64,000 bases of DNA from a virus: positions 53,948 to 117,947 of the IMG/VR virus record IMGVR_UViG_3300025423_000009. One strand, 5' to 3'. The position numbers and the translations under genes are program-made. Under the pieces are notes generated by a model, which worked only from the letters and a program-made list of their open reading frames with translations, made no database searches and was not told where the DNA came from. Shown here piece by piece: positions 36,480-46,523 of this stretch. Each line of letters starts with the position of its first letter. Positions within the stretch are counted from its first letter, which is position 1.

Positions 36480-38240
36480 TCAAGCCACCGGAGTCTCTTC
36501 GGGTGCAGGTATCTCTTCAGTAGGAACTTCTTCAGCAGGAGCTTCAGCTTCGATTGGGGCTTCCGGAGCGCCTAATCCTTCAGCACCGGCTGGCATACCA
36601 CCCATGGCTTCTTCTCCGCCTGGAATTCCTTCTGCTGGAGTTCCACCCTGTGGAACGTTCTCTCCGGCGTCCGGAGCGATATCTCCCTTGGCTTTTTCCT
36701 CGGCAATCTCGAGATCCATCTTCTCGATGTCATCATCGGACTGACGAAGAACATTACGCCGCACCCACTTCTCGGAGTAGTATCGACCAATGAATTCGCC
36801 AACCTTACCAAGCATATCCATGCGAGCCGAAAGGACTTCGAAGTCCTTGAGTTCCGCGAAGTAGTTGTCTCGCTTGAAATCGATCGAGATCTTCTCCTTG
36901 ATCAGTCTCCAGTCATCCTCGACGATGATACCTTTGAGAAGGAGCTGAGTCTTCAGAAGATTGAGGAACAGAGAAGAGAAGCGTCTCCGCAGACGATCCA
37001 CGAAGCGTTGAAAGGCTACTTCCTCGCGATTGATCTCCGTGGACTTTCCGGCCGTCCAGAGTGATTCCTTGGCCTCGAAGCGAGACAAAGGAACATTCAT
37101 GCAACGGTACAGATTCTTCTTGAAGAAGACGATGTCGTCGATCTGTCCCAGATTCTGTCCACCAGCCAAAGTCGAGATCTCGGTTCCGCGACCACCTTCA
37201 CGACGAGGAAGCCAGTAGTCCTCGAGCATCGACATGTGTCGACGATCATCTCGCATGGCACCTGTATTGGCGTCATACACCATCTTATTGCGATACTTCG
37301 ACATCAACTCCTGCATGTACTGTTCGGCCTTGGCCTTGGGCAGATTGCCAACGTCGACATAGAAGATGCGTCGTTCCGGAGCACGAGAGATGCGATAGAT
37401 GACCAGAGAGTCCTCCATCATACGCAGCTGATTCACCGGCTTCAGAGCCTTATGAATGTGAGAGACGATGCGCTTATGAGTTGAGTCAAGAAGACCAGAG
37501 GGAATGTAGCAGATTGCCGAGGGATCGATTCGAAGGCCCGTAACGGAGTCACCGGTATTGACCGTCTGAACCAGCTGACCAGCGATCTGATTCTCGTTGT
37601 ATACGAAATACTCAGCCTTGGTCGTGATGAGCTTGACACCGGTCTCCGCATCGATTCGTGTGTCGACCTCACGGATCTTACGAATCTTGATGGAGTCGAT
37701 GAATCGAAGTTCCTGAATGCCCTTCGATGGATCGTGATCATCGACGATGATGTGATAGTATAGGCGGCCGTCGACGTACCAACGACGAAAGATGTCCGAG
37801 CATTGGCGAGAGAAGTCGAGCAGGCGAAGCACCTCATCAAATTCTTTTTGAATCGCGTCCTTCACGTCGTCACCATATTCAAGGTCATTCATGACCAGCG
37901 AGACCGGTGCACCGTCTTCGCCAGAGACAATGGCCTCGTCCATGATGTAGTTCACGGCCATGTCACACTCGGGCTGCTCGGCCGCGTTGCGATACTTGAG
38001 AATCAGATCCTGATCTGAAGCTACGGTCGTACCGTCGATGTCGATATATTGACCAAAGTATCCACCAGCCGAGATGACGGTCGAACCATCCTCGCCTTCT
38101 TTGGGAACAAAAGATTTTTTCTCCGCAGGTTGTTCGGACGCAATAGGCAAAAGGCCGCGATCGAATTCAGGAGCCGTTGGTTGCAGAAGCTCCTGATTCT
38201 TTTTAATCTCACGAGTGATATTCAGACCGAACAATTTCAT
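36480..38240 (-). CDS. 20: Portal protein gp20
   Basis: FRRWYVDGR.YYH, LRMMEDSLVIYR..RAPERR.FY.DVGNLP, EDYWLPRR.GG.GTEI. Confidence 0.98.
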   Translation of the reverse strand: MKLFGLNITREIKKNQELLQPTAPEFDRGLLPIASEQPAEKKSFVPKEGEDGSTVISAGGYFGQYIDIDGTTVASDQDLILKYRNAAEQPECDMAVNYIMDEAIVSGEDGAPVSLVMNDLEYGDDVKDAIQKEFDEVLRLLDFSRQCSDIFRRWYVDGRLYYHIIVDDHDPSKGIQELRFIDSIKIRKIREVDTRIDAETGVKLITTKAEYFVYNENQIAGQLVQTVNTGDSVTGLRIDPSAICYIPSGLLDSTHKRIVSHIHKALKPVNQLRMMEDSLVIYRISRAPERRIFYVDVGNLPKAKAEQYMQELMSKYRNKMVYDANTGAMRDDRRHMSMLEDYWLPRREGGRGTEISTLAGGQNLGQIDDIVFFKKNLYRCMNVPLSRFEAKESLWTAGKSTEINREEVAFQRFVDRLRRRFSSLFLNLLKTQLLLKGIIVEDDWRLIKEKISIDFKRDNYFAELKDFEVLSARMDMLGKVGEFIGRYYSEKWVRRNVLRQSDDDIEKMDLEIAEEKAKGDIAPDAGENVPQGGTPAEGIPGGEEAMGGMPAGAEGLGAPEAPIEAEAPAEEVPTEEIPAPEETPVA

Positions 38241-38248
38241 GGTGAATC

Positions 38249-38256
38249 TATTTATA
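38249..38256 (-). promoter_or_regulatory. T4-type late promoter
   Basis: TATAAATA upstream of gp20. Confidence 0.7.
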
Positions 38257-38270
38257 CCGTTTCAAAAGCT

Positions 38271-38303
38271 AAAAAGGGCGGCTCGATGTTACTCGAACCG
38301 CCC
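38271..38303 (-). terminator. Rho-independent terminator after gp19
   Basis: GGGCGGTTCGA...TCGAGCCGCCC-TTTTT. Confidence 0.85.
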
Positions 38304-38321
38304 ATGAGTTGCTTCTGAAGA

Positions 38322-38945
38322 TTAGGTTCCGATACCACCGCTAATGGTTACACCGCCCACGTTGACGGAAGCGGAGACACCGGCCGAGATACCAAAGCTT
38401 CCGCCAGATCCACCCGAGCTCGGAGTCGAGCTGGCTTCCCAGTATTGATACTGAACCGTCACGTCGAATTCCTCGATAGTATCATTGGAGTCATAGGCCA
38501 GATCGATAGCACCGACCGTCGAAGGAAATACACCGCGAAAGATGTAAGTCTTCACAACGGCTCCAGACTTATCGAGCTGAGCAACGGACCAGTCGGTCAT
38601 GTAGTCCTTGGGATTCGTGCGACCGATATTGGATTGATGCTGATTGATTCCGTTCATCCAACGCTCGAACGCGTCACGAAGCTTCATCGGCACGTCATTG
38701 ATGACCTTAATGGTCCATTCGGGGAACGTGCGATCACCGGCGATCTTGAGCTTACGACCACGGAATGGAACCTCGATGAGGCCCTGAGTTGAGGTTGGAA
38801 GACTCGCGCCCTTGATCATGAAGGAAGCGAGTTCCGAACTACCACCGGCAAAGCCGGGGAAGTTACACGTGACCTGAAACAGATTAGCGCGAGCACCTCC
38901 GCCGGTCAGCTTGGACTTGAATTGATCTACACCTAGAGTTGGCAT
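38322..38945 (-). CDS. 19: Tail tube protein gp19
   Basis: GGGARANLF, PFRGR.LKIAGDRTF..WT..V.ND, IEEF.VT.QYQYW. Confidence 0.97.
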   Translation of the reverse strand: MPTLGVDQFKSKLTGGGARANLFQVTCNFPGFAGGSSELASFMIKGASLPTSTQGLIEVPFRGRKLKIAGDRTFPEWTIKVINDVPMKLRDAFERWMNGINQHQSNIGRTNPKDYMTDWSVAQLDKSGAVVKTYIFRGVFPSTVGAIDLAYDSNDTIEEFDVTVQYQYWEASSTPSSGGSGGSFGISAGVSASVNVGGVTISGGIGT

Positions 38946-38961
38946 AAGTTTTTCTTTCTTT

Positions 38962-38969
38962 TATTTATA
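38962..38969 (-). promoter_or_regulatory. T4-type late promoter
   Basis: TATAAATA. Confidence 0.7.
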
Positions 38970-38984
38970 TGTCGGTTTCCAGGT

Positions 38985-41012
38985 TTACGCGTTCGAGGCG
39001 CCAGCGATCTCCGAGAAGGAGACACCTGTACGAGTGGCAATGAAGTTCAGAGTGATGAAGTTAATCGATCGCGCAGGCTTGATGTAGATGTCCGCCACGA
39101 ACTGATTGGCATCTACCACTCCCGGAGTGTTATTGGTCGAGTCGCACACCACAAGGAAGTCCGTGATGCCACGACGACCTTGAATGTCCCGCAAGAACGG
39201 TTCCGTCATGTTACGGAACATTGCCTGTGTGAACTGATCGTTGAGCTCGAAAAGCTGATACTTAGCGGCCGTCGAGATCGCTTTCTCGAGGATGATGAAG
39301 AGGCGACGAACGTTGATGCGATCGAAGGCACTCGGCTTGGACTGAGCGGTCTTGTCACCAAAGAGCAGAATGCCCTGACCGGGGAACGAGACGATCGGAT
39401 TGATCGAGGCCTGATAGAGAGCGTCACGACCGGCCTGATCGGCGTTGTAGGCCAGCTTGGTCACACCCTTCAGATTGCCGCGATTGTAACCGGCCGGAGA
39501 GAACCAGGCATCAGCAACCGTATCGGTATTGGCACAGAGACCAGCCATGTGACCACACGCCGGAATCCAGACGTAGTTGTCTTGATACTTATTATAGACG
39601 TACAGCGGAGTCGAGTCGAACACGGAGTATGAATCGTGCGTGGCCGTCTGATCATTGAACTTGGCCAGAATGGCCGCTTGCTTGGCCGAATTGGAGGTCT
39701 GCTGCCAAATGTTCAATGGAGCCGAGATGAAACCAACGACATCCTTACGAGTGTTTGCGATCAATTGAACGGTTTGCTCCGCAAAACTGAGACCGGTCAA
39801 ACCAGTAGTGTCGCCACTGAAGAGCAGATTGATGTCGATCGTTGCCGCGTCGAGGAACACGGTATTCAATGCATTACCGATGTCACCAGAAGCACCGATC
39901 ACGGAACCGTCCGAACCATTACCACCAAGAGTACCAGTGATTCCCAATGTGTTGAGGTTGCCAAGCACGTGCGCCAGTGCCGTCGTGGTGATCGGCAGAT
40001 TGATGAATGCCGTGTTGTTCAAAGATATGTCCGCATTGGGAATCTCGGCGACGAGAGTGTTGCCATAGATCCACGAGGAATTACGATTGATGTAATCACG
40101 ATAGTAATTGTTCGTGCCATCCGGACGCTTACCATCCGTGTAGAGTGACAAATTCTGCCACTTCTCGATCAAAGTGCCAGGAGTACCGGAGATACCACCA
40201 TCAATATCAACCACGGCCACGTGAACTTCATCGGGTTCGAAGAACGTCAACTTGGCCGACGTCGTTGAGGTGATGAAGGAACTCGACAGCGTGATGAGAT
40301 AGTTTGAACCGGTCGTGGAGATCGATTGCACACGAGCCGCGGAACCAGTGGAGATTCCGGTGCCGATGACGTACATTGAGGTAGAGATGCCGGTGTTCAC
40401 AAAGGAAGCACTGGAAACCAGAACCGTGCTCTGAGAAGCCGTGATAGTATTGCTAGACACAGTGACGACCGTCGTATTGTTCGAGTTGTAGGTCGGCACG
40501 TAGTCGAACAGCTTGCCATATGAGTCCGTCGGGCTCGTAGCCGCCGTGACGACGTAGACGCCCAGAGAGTTGCCCGTAGTGCCAGGATATCGAGCGATGA
40601 AAGTGTACGATGAGGATCCAACCGGAGAAGCCGCGGAGCTCGAGAGGTTGTTGAACTGATCGATGTTACCGATCAAAACGCTCGTCGAAGCAGAAACATA
40701 CGATCCGGAACCGGAGTTCGTGATGTAGGTCGCGATCGCATTTGCCGCGGAAGAATTGATCGAGCGGGAAACCTTGAGTGTGTTGCCGTACTTAAGAAAG
40801 CTTGCGGCGGTCAAGAACGGAACCGCATGAGCCGCATCGGGCTTACCGAAGTTGGTGACGAGGTCTACTTCCGAGGAGACCGTGACGGGAATGCCGATTG
40901 GACCCCACTTAAACGGACCGGCATAAGCGCCGATCGAAGTGGCGACGGCTGGTACGACGTTTGACAGGTCTTTTTCTTGAACCTGAACGCCTGGAGAGAC
41001 GAGGAATGCCAT
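38985..41012 (-). CDS. 18: Tail sheath protein gp18
   Basis: SPGVQVQEKDLS, F.WGP, WFSPAG.NRG, FDRINVRRLF, IKPARSINFITLNF. Confidence 0.97.
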   Translation of the reverse strand: MAFLVSPGVQVQEKDLSNVVPAVATSIGAYAGPFKWGPIGIPVTVSSEVDLVTNFGKPDAAHAVPFLTAASFLKYGNTLKVSRSINSSAANAIATYITNSGSGSYVSASTSVLIGNIDQFNNLSSSAASPVGSSSYTFIARYPGTTGNSLGVYVVTAATSPTDSYGKLFDYVPTYNSNNTTVVTVSSNTITASQSTVLVSSASFVNTGISTSMYVIGTGISTGSAARVQSISTTGSNYLITLSSSFITSTTSAKLTFFEPDEVHVAVVDIDGGISGTPGTLIEKWQNLSLYTDGKRPDGTNNYYRDYINRNSSWIYGNTLVAEIPNADISLNNTAFINLPITTTALAHVLGNLNTLGITGTLGGNGSDGSVIGASGDIGNALNTVFLDAATIDINLLFSGDTTGLTGLSFAEQTVQLIANTRKDVVGFISAPLNIWQQTSNSAKQAAILAKFNDQTATHDSYSVFDSTPLYVYNKYQDNYVWIPACGHMAGLCANTDTVADAWFSPAGYNRGNLKGVTKLAYNADQAGRDALYQASINPIVSFPGQGILLFGDKTAQSKPSAFDRINVRRLFIILEKAISTAAKYQLFELNDQFTQAMFRNMTEPFLRDIQGRRGITDFLVVCDSTNNTPGVVDANQFVADIYIKPARSINFITLNFIATRTGVSFSEIAGASNA

Positions 41013-41115
41013 ATTAGTTGTTACCTTTCAGTTATTGGTTTGATAAGTTGAATGACAAGAGGATTAACTCACTTAACCGTATTTATTATATTTCACTTTT
41101 CAACTATTCATGATG

Positions 41116-41165
41116 CATAAATAGAAATGCTGGTCGCGATACGCCAATATCCACCAGCTCTACAA
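41116..41165 (+). promoter_or_regulatory. Late promoter plus hairpin element (HEG-associated), copy 1
   Basis: CATAAATA...GCTGGT-CGC-GATA..TATC-C-ACCAGC-TCTACA. Confidence 0.6.
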
Positions 41166-41184
41166 CAACCCGATTAAAGGAATT

Positions 41185-41313
41185 ATGCAGCACAATCATA
41201 TCTATCGCCCCTACAGGGATGGCCATCAGGTCGATCCTTCACGCTCTATTGCTATACGTAAAGCAAAAGCGGAATTCAAAAATGAGAATCTTTTACAATA
41301 TATTCAACTGTAG
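41185..41313 (+). pseudogene. Probable truncated homing-endonuclease remnant (42 aa)
   Basis: MQHNHIYRP... shares HIYR and the upstream element with the HEG at 42919-43680; only plus-strand ORF supported. Confidence 0.45.
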
Positions 41314-41321
41314 TTCGAGTT

Positions 41322-42947
41322 TCACAGAGAATCCCATGCGCGCTGCTGCTCGAGCATCTCGCTGTACACTTCCATTGATCGAGTCGCCTCTCCTTGAGTT
41401 GCTCCTCCCAGGAAACCAGCTGGCACCAGCTCGTCCTCCATCGCCTTCACGGATTCCGCAAAGAGCATCTCCTTGAGCTCTCCGTCCTTTAGCTCCGCAA
41501 ATGGAGTGGTCAGAAACCAAGCCAACATCACGAGGTTCATCACGAGGTCATCATGATTGTTTCCCTCGGCCTGATAGCTGTCTCCATGAGCAGCAAACGT
41601 AGATAGTTCGAGTATCGCGTCGGAGTCATGAATCGTCAGCTTCTTTCCCTCGATCAGATCTTTCAGGAACGAGCATCCAACCTTCTTGACTCTCTTGGTC
41701 ATCGTAACGCCGATGCCTCCCTTGACTCCAGATCGTTCCACGAAGGTGTTCTCGTATTCCATGTCATAATATACTCCGTTGCAGACCACCTGTCCGACGT
41801 CATTGTTCTCAATGACGATCAGAGCCTCGTTGAATCGCTTGGCCACGCCAACAATGAGATCCGGAAAGATTAGCGGAGAGATCAGATTGTCTCGAAAGGT
41901 AGCCACCTGCTCGAACGGACGAACCGAGAGATCCGTGACCGTCAGAGTGGAATAGTCCTGTCCTCGTCCCTTACATACGTCGACCGTGACGACATATCGA
42001 TGCCCTTCAATCGGCTTCTGATAGATCTTCACGTTGCGAATCGTCTCGATTGGTATCGAAGCCTTCAGAGCCAGCAGATGTTCGGCCGCAATAAGAGTGT
42101 CCGTAGATCCAATCGCGTGATTGTTATACTCTTGATCAAATTGTGCCTGAGACGTATTGGCGATAGTTTCCTGCTTCCACTTCTCGTCTCGTCCTGGAAC
42201 ATCCCACCAGTCCACACGAAAGGGTTTATACTCATTGGCTCCTTGAACCGCTCCTTGCCAGAGCCGATAGAAGAGATTACCAACTCCGTTCATGGTCGAT
42301 GTGATGATGACCTGCGACTTCTTGCCAGAAGAGATCACCGGATAAGTTGACGTGTAGAAGGTATCCGCATCGTTTACGAATGAAAACTCGTCAATGTAAA
42401 GCAATGAAATCGATTGACCGCGAATGGAGTTGCCCGATGTGGCGGCCGCGATGATTCGCGAGTTATTGGAGAATGAGATCGATCCTTTATTCAGAGCACG
42501 ACATCCCGGTTGCAGAAAGAACGGCAGATTTTCCAGAGCCAGAGTAATGCGCGCCAGCATCTCGCGAGCCGTCATGCCCTTATTGGCCAGGATAGCTATA
42601 GTCTTATCGGCGTGAAAAAGAGCATACCATAGAAGATATATCGATACGGACACAGACTTTCCCGATTGACGGCATGCCAATACAATGTTGAATCGATTCT
42701 CATTGAACTGCTTGAACATCTTCTCCTGATATGGATAGAGATTGAAAGGAACCAATCCCTTGTCGATGTTGATGATCTTGCAATATGTTCGAGCGAAGTA
42801 GGCCGGATCGACCATGCACTTCTTATACTCCTCAATCTCCTTAGCCGTGAAATTCTGCTGAATGCCATCACGCTTGACATTAGCATTGCCAAGATATGAA
42901 AGGCCGATCTTCGACTTGTCAATTACACGTTGCATATTTTGGAGCAT
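41322..42947 (-). CDS. 17: Terminase large subunit gp17
   Basis: RQSGKS, ILANK...AREML, YIDEFSF, ITST.NG..N.FY, VDVCKG.G.DYS, HDDLVM. Confidence 0.97.
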   Translation of the reverse strand: MLQNMQRVIDKSKIGLSYLGNANVKRDGIQQNFTAKEIEEYKKCMVDPAYFARTYCKIINIDKGLVPFNLYPYQEKMFKQFNENRFNIVLACRQSGKSVSVSIYLLWYALFHADKTIAILANKGMTAREMLARITLALENLPFFLQPGCRALNKGSISFSNNSRIIAAATSGNSIRGQSISLLYIDEFSFVNDADTFYTSTYPVISSGKKSQVIITSTMNGVGNLFYRLWQGAVQGANEYKPFRVDWWDVPGRDEKWKQETIANTSQAQFDQEYNNHAIGSTDTLIAAEHLLALKASIPIETIRNVKIYQKPIEGHRYVVTVDVCKGRGQDYSTLTVTDLSVRPFEQVATFRDNLISPLIFPDLIVGVAKRFNEALIVIENNDVGQVVCNGVYYDMEYENTFVERSGVKGGIGVTMTKRVKKVGCSFLKDLIEGKKLTIHDSDAILELSTFAAHGDSYQAEGNNHDDLVMNLVMLAWFLTTPFAELKDGELKEMLFAESVKAMEDELVPAGFLGGATQGEATRSMEVYSEMLEQQRAWDSL

Positions 42948-43680
42948 ATACTATTAGCATAGAATATATGTATCCTAGCGATTGAATCGTCGCATTATAT
43001 GCAAGGCGTCTATTCTGTTTTACCGTATCTAATCCTTTCAATACCGATTCTCGTGATCTTTTTTTACCTAACAAAGATTGTGCTATTTTTAATCTTTTTT
43101 CAATCGTCATATTCGCAGCACACGTGTTAGACATTTTTTTGCAATATTCTATAGATCTTGGTTTTTTAAGTTTTTTACCTTTATTGAGTTTAGACAATTT
43201 ATCTTTATGTTCCCGAGATAGCGGTTTAAGTTTTCTACCGATAGCTTTTTCTGATATTCTACGTTTAGTTTCTTCAGTATGCGGTTTTCCTTTTATGCCT
43301 TTTTTTCGAATATAAGAGCCATTGCCTCCACTGTTACTTTTATTCAACCATGATTTATTTGCGGCCGCATTTACTCTTTGCAAAAATTTAGCTTCATATG
43401 CTCTAGTTTGTTCAATAGAATTAAACAAGATAATTTTCTTAATCATAAAACTATCATGTCCTTCATGTTTTATGATTTGCTGCACTAATTTTGAAGATGT
43501 GATATAGCCATCATTTGTCATAAATGTAGCAGGATTTGTTTCTCTCTTAAATGATTGGGCTCTTGCATATTTAGAACCAGCATAATATAGTTTACTAGTT
43601 TTATGTTGAATAATATAGAAAAATGGAAGTTTAGGAAGTGAACACAATAGTTCATGCGAAGGATGTCGATAAATATGCAT
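42919..43680 (-). mobile_element. Free-standing GIY-YIG (Seg-like) homing endonuclease with NUMOD3 repeats
   Basis: FFYII......YYAGS, YITSS, E.KFL...WLN; HTEETKRRIS; AT-rich. Confidence 0.85.
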
Positions 43681-43709
43681 AGCTGCGGTTCTCTCGTTAA
43701 TTGTTGAAC

Positions 43710-43759
43710 TGTAGAGCTGGCGGATGTTGATAGCATCGTGGCCAGCATTCCTATTTATA
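43710..43759 (-). promoter_or_regulatory. Late promoter plus hairpin element, copy 2
   Basis: TATAAATA...GCTGGC-CAC-GATG..CATC-C-GCCAGC-TCTACA. Confidence 0.65.
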
Positions 43760-43761
43760 CT

Positions 43762-44220
43762 TTAGGATGTTTCAACAATAATATCAGAACCACTGGCTAA
43801 TTTTTGCTGCAGATCCGCCGTTGTGCCGACGAACACGGCGACATTCGTCGCAGGTTGCTGAGATGTAGGTGCATCCTCGGCTTTCTTGCCAATGATGAGC
43901 TCCTTGCGTTTCTTCTGCAGATCCATGAGTTTGTCCGTCATGTCGGACGTGGCCTGAAGCATTCCGGTCAAGACTTCAAACGCTCGTGGATGCTCGGCCT
44001 CGTCGGCCACGACGATGAGTCTGTCCAAAGACTCCTCGGCCTTCTGAATCAGAGTCTTTAGCTTCTTACGTGCAAACTTATAGTCTTCCTCGGAATCTGA
44101 AACGAGTTCTTCCTTCTCGGGAGCTGGAGTCATGACTGCCGGTGCAGATGGCAAAGCCGGCTTCACTGGAAGATTATTCTCCAGCGCCGTCAGAATGCTC
44201 AGATGTTTATCATGACTCAT
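43762..44220 (-). CDS. 16: Terminase small subunit gp16
   Basis: EDYKFAR, EHPRAFEV, VFVGTTADLQ. Confidence 0.92.
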   Translation of the reverse strand: MSHDKHLSILTALENNLPVKPALPSAPAVMTPAPEKEELVSDSEEDYKFARKKLKTLIQKAEESLDRLIVVADEAEHPRAFEVLTGMLQATSDMTDKLMDLQKKRKELIIGKKAEDAPTSQQPATNVAVFVGTTADLQQKLASGSDIIVETS

Positions 44221-44646
44221 AATATATCAGTAATTAACTATAATGCGATTGACCGTCGAGTATTCGGCCGTTGCCACTTGCTCGCAATCTTATTTGAAGC
44301 CGGTATTATTGACATCACCGACGATGTGGATTCTGAATTCTTGTTCGGCCATAAATTGAGGTGCCGCCAGTTATTTCGCCAAGCCCAGCCGATAACGATT
44401 CGTGTCGCCCGCAATTTGCACCGAAATCCACACCACTAAATTCGTGCTGACTGGTGGCGTGTTTGTGCCGTTAGACTATTGTTCCCTTTAAGCATTTTTT
44501 CCATGTTACCTCCTAATACTTTTTCGAAGATTAGAGCAATGAATGGCAGCATAAATTCACGTTGGCACGGTTATTGTTGCTTTTGCTAACATCATTTCGT
44601 GCATTTTGTTTTCCCTTCTCCCTTGCTCATAAAACTTAAAGAGCTT

Positions 44647-45084
44647 TCACTGACTAACCGATGGCGAGTTTGTGACAGCGTTGTCCGCATTGGATTCCAC
44701 GTTTGTGGTCGGTGCTGAATCAGAAGCTACCGACCTCACCAACTTGGCGCGAACCACCACCCCATTGCTTGTCGTGGAAAAGGTTGCTGACGCAAGATTT
44801 GTGATGTCATAACCAGCAGGCAAATTTGTCACCAACTGGCCGAGCGTCGTCAGCGGCACGATGATAACTGCCTTTCCACCGATGATGGCGTTCGTCCCTT
44901 TGATGGAAATAAATCCATTCGGAACTGCCGCTTGAGACATTAGGCTCTCGCCAACTCCAACTGGCAAAGTGGTGGATATAGTCACAGCTTCCGTCTGGAC
45001 ATTCACCGAGCTTTGAGCGCGAACAGCTTGAGAAGTTATTCCCGCTAGAATAGCGAGGCCGATAGTAATTAGAGTTTTTTTCAT
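44647..45084 (-). CDS. Secreted hypothetical protein
   Basis: Signal peptide MKKTLITIGLAILAGITSQAVRA/Q. Confidence 0.7.
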   Translation of the reverse strand: MKKTLITIGLAILAGITSQAVRAQSSVNVQTEAVTISTTLPVGVGESLMSQAAVPNGFISIKGTNAIIGGKAVIIVPLTTLGQLVTNLPAGYDITNLASATFSTTSNGVVVRAKLVRSVASDSAPTTNVESNADNAVTNSPSVSQ

Positions 45085-45088
45085 GGTT

Positions 45089-46507
45089 TTATTGGATGCG
45101 GATGTATGCGCCAGACGTGCTTTGCGCCTGATACGCGATTGTTTGCCCTGCGGTTAAAGCGACTACTGCTGTGTCAGCAAAAGAGCCGCCTGTCACGCTC
45201 AAGGTAGTCACGATTGACTTGGTGTGAATGCGATAAATCTGGCCTACCAGCGTGCCGGTGGAAGGCAGGGCAATGGTAATACTGGCGATGGTTGAGCCAC
45301 TGGAAAGATAAACAGTCTCATTCCAGTATGACGTGGAAGCCGTCACTGTCCCGCTGGTCGCCGCCGAGGTCGTTAAGTGTGGCGCAAGGTCTTTGCCTGC
45401 CTCGTTGACAGAGCCAGCTACATAGATATTTGAAGCATTCGTGTAGTAGCCTGATTGCGTCATAGTTCCGGTAATGTCTACTTTAGCTTGTGGTGCGTTG
45501 TTTCCAACGCCTATGCTGCCTTGAACTATGAGGCCGTTATCGGGCATCTGGAATGTTCCAGACGTATAGCTTTCACCAATAGCCATGCCTGACGTGTATG
45601 AGCCGTTTATTTTGCCGCCACCTGTATCGCCGTTAGAACCGATAGCAACCATTGGGCGGAGTGCAGCACTTCCAGAGCCACCAGAGCATACAGAAAAAAT
45701 TGACTGACCAGTATAGCCAAGACGGTCGCCAAACGTCCACTGCGCGGCTGCGGGCTCTCCCGAAATGCCAAAAGTATAAAAACCTAAAGAGCAAACACCA
45801 CCACCACTATTGCTCCTGAGCCTTAAGGAAGGAGAGCCGCCGTTAATGTAAAAGTTATTAGTGCCAGACTGGAAAATAATGTCGCCAGAGCTATTACCTA
45901 TGCTGCCGTTTACATCGAGCTTGTAGATGGGGTTATTTAAACCAACTCCTACATTTCCATAAAAGGTCGCATAGCCGGAATCAGCGTCCATAGAGATTGT
46001 TTGATAGCCTGCTTGTGCGTTCATCATCAACCCATTGTTCGGCGAACCTTCGTCGTCTATGTTGCCGATGGCGACGCTGCCGGCGCTGCCATCGCCATAG
46101 TCGTGACTTGCTATCTCCAACGTTGCCGAATCGCTATAAAACTGTTGCGCAGTCATGTAATTATTCCAATAAACGCCGCTGTAGCCGGGCTCGCCGCCGG
46201 TGGAGCAGAGGACAGCTCCTTGAATTCCAGTAGATTGACTTCCATCATAAAGTCCGGCAGGGACATAAAGATTGCTGGCTGTTACGTTAGTGCCGCTCGC
46301 GTTGTTGATGTTGGTGGCCGTCCCGATATTATTCATTGAATATTGTACATTCAAAAAATTCGTATTGATCTTCTGAAATGCAACTCGAAGAGGATCACCG
46401 GTGTGATCATTGGCATTCGTTCCAACATTGACAAGATTGATATTCTGAGCATGACTACAGAACATCAACAAAAACATGGCAATGAATGATAGTAGTATTT
46501 TTTTCAT
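45089..46507 (-). CDS. Fibre-like protein with a signal peptide
   Basis: Signal peptide, then NVGTNANDHTGDPLRVAFQKINTNF (T4-like attachment motif) and GNVGVG..NP..KLDVNG repeats. Confidence 0.7.
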   Translation of the reverse strand: MKKILLSFIAMFLLMFCSHAQNINLVNVGTNANDHTGDPLRVAFQKINTNFLNVQYSMNNIGTATNINNASGTNVTASNLYVPAGLYDGSQSTGIQGAVLCSTGGEPGYSGVYWNNYMTAQQFYSDSATLEIASHDYGDGSAGSVAIGNIDDEGSPNNGLMMNAQAGYQTISMDADSGYATFYGNVGVGLNNPIYKLDVNGSIGNSSGDIIFQSGTNNFYINGGSPSLRLRSNSGGGVCSLGFYTFGISGEPAAAQWTFGDRLGYTGQSIFSVCSGGSGSAALRPMVAIGSNGDTGGGKINGSYTSGMAIGESYTSGTFQMPDNGLIVQGSIGVGNNAPQAKVDITGTMTQSGYYTNASNIYVAGSVNEAGKDLAPHLTTSAATSGTVTASTSYWNETVYLSSGSTIASITIALPSTGTLVGQIYRIHTKSIVTTLSVTGGSFADTAVVALTAGQTIAYQAQSTSGAYIRIQ

Positions 46508-46523
46508 TTCTAATCTTATTTAT

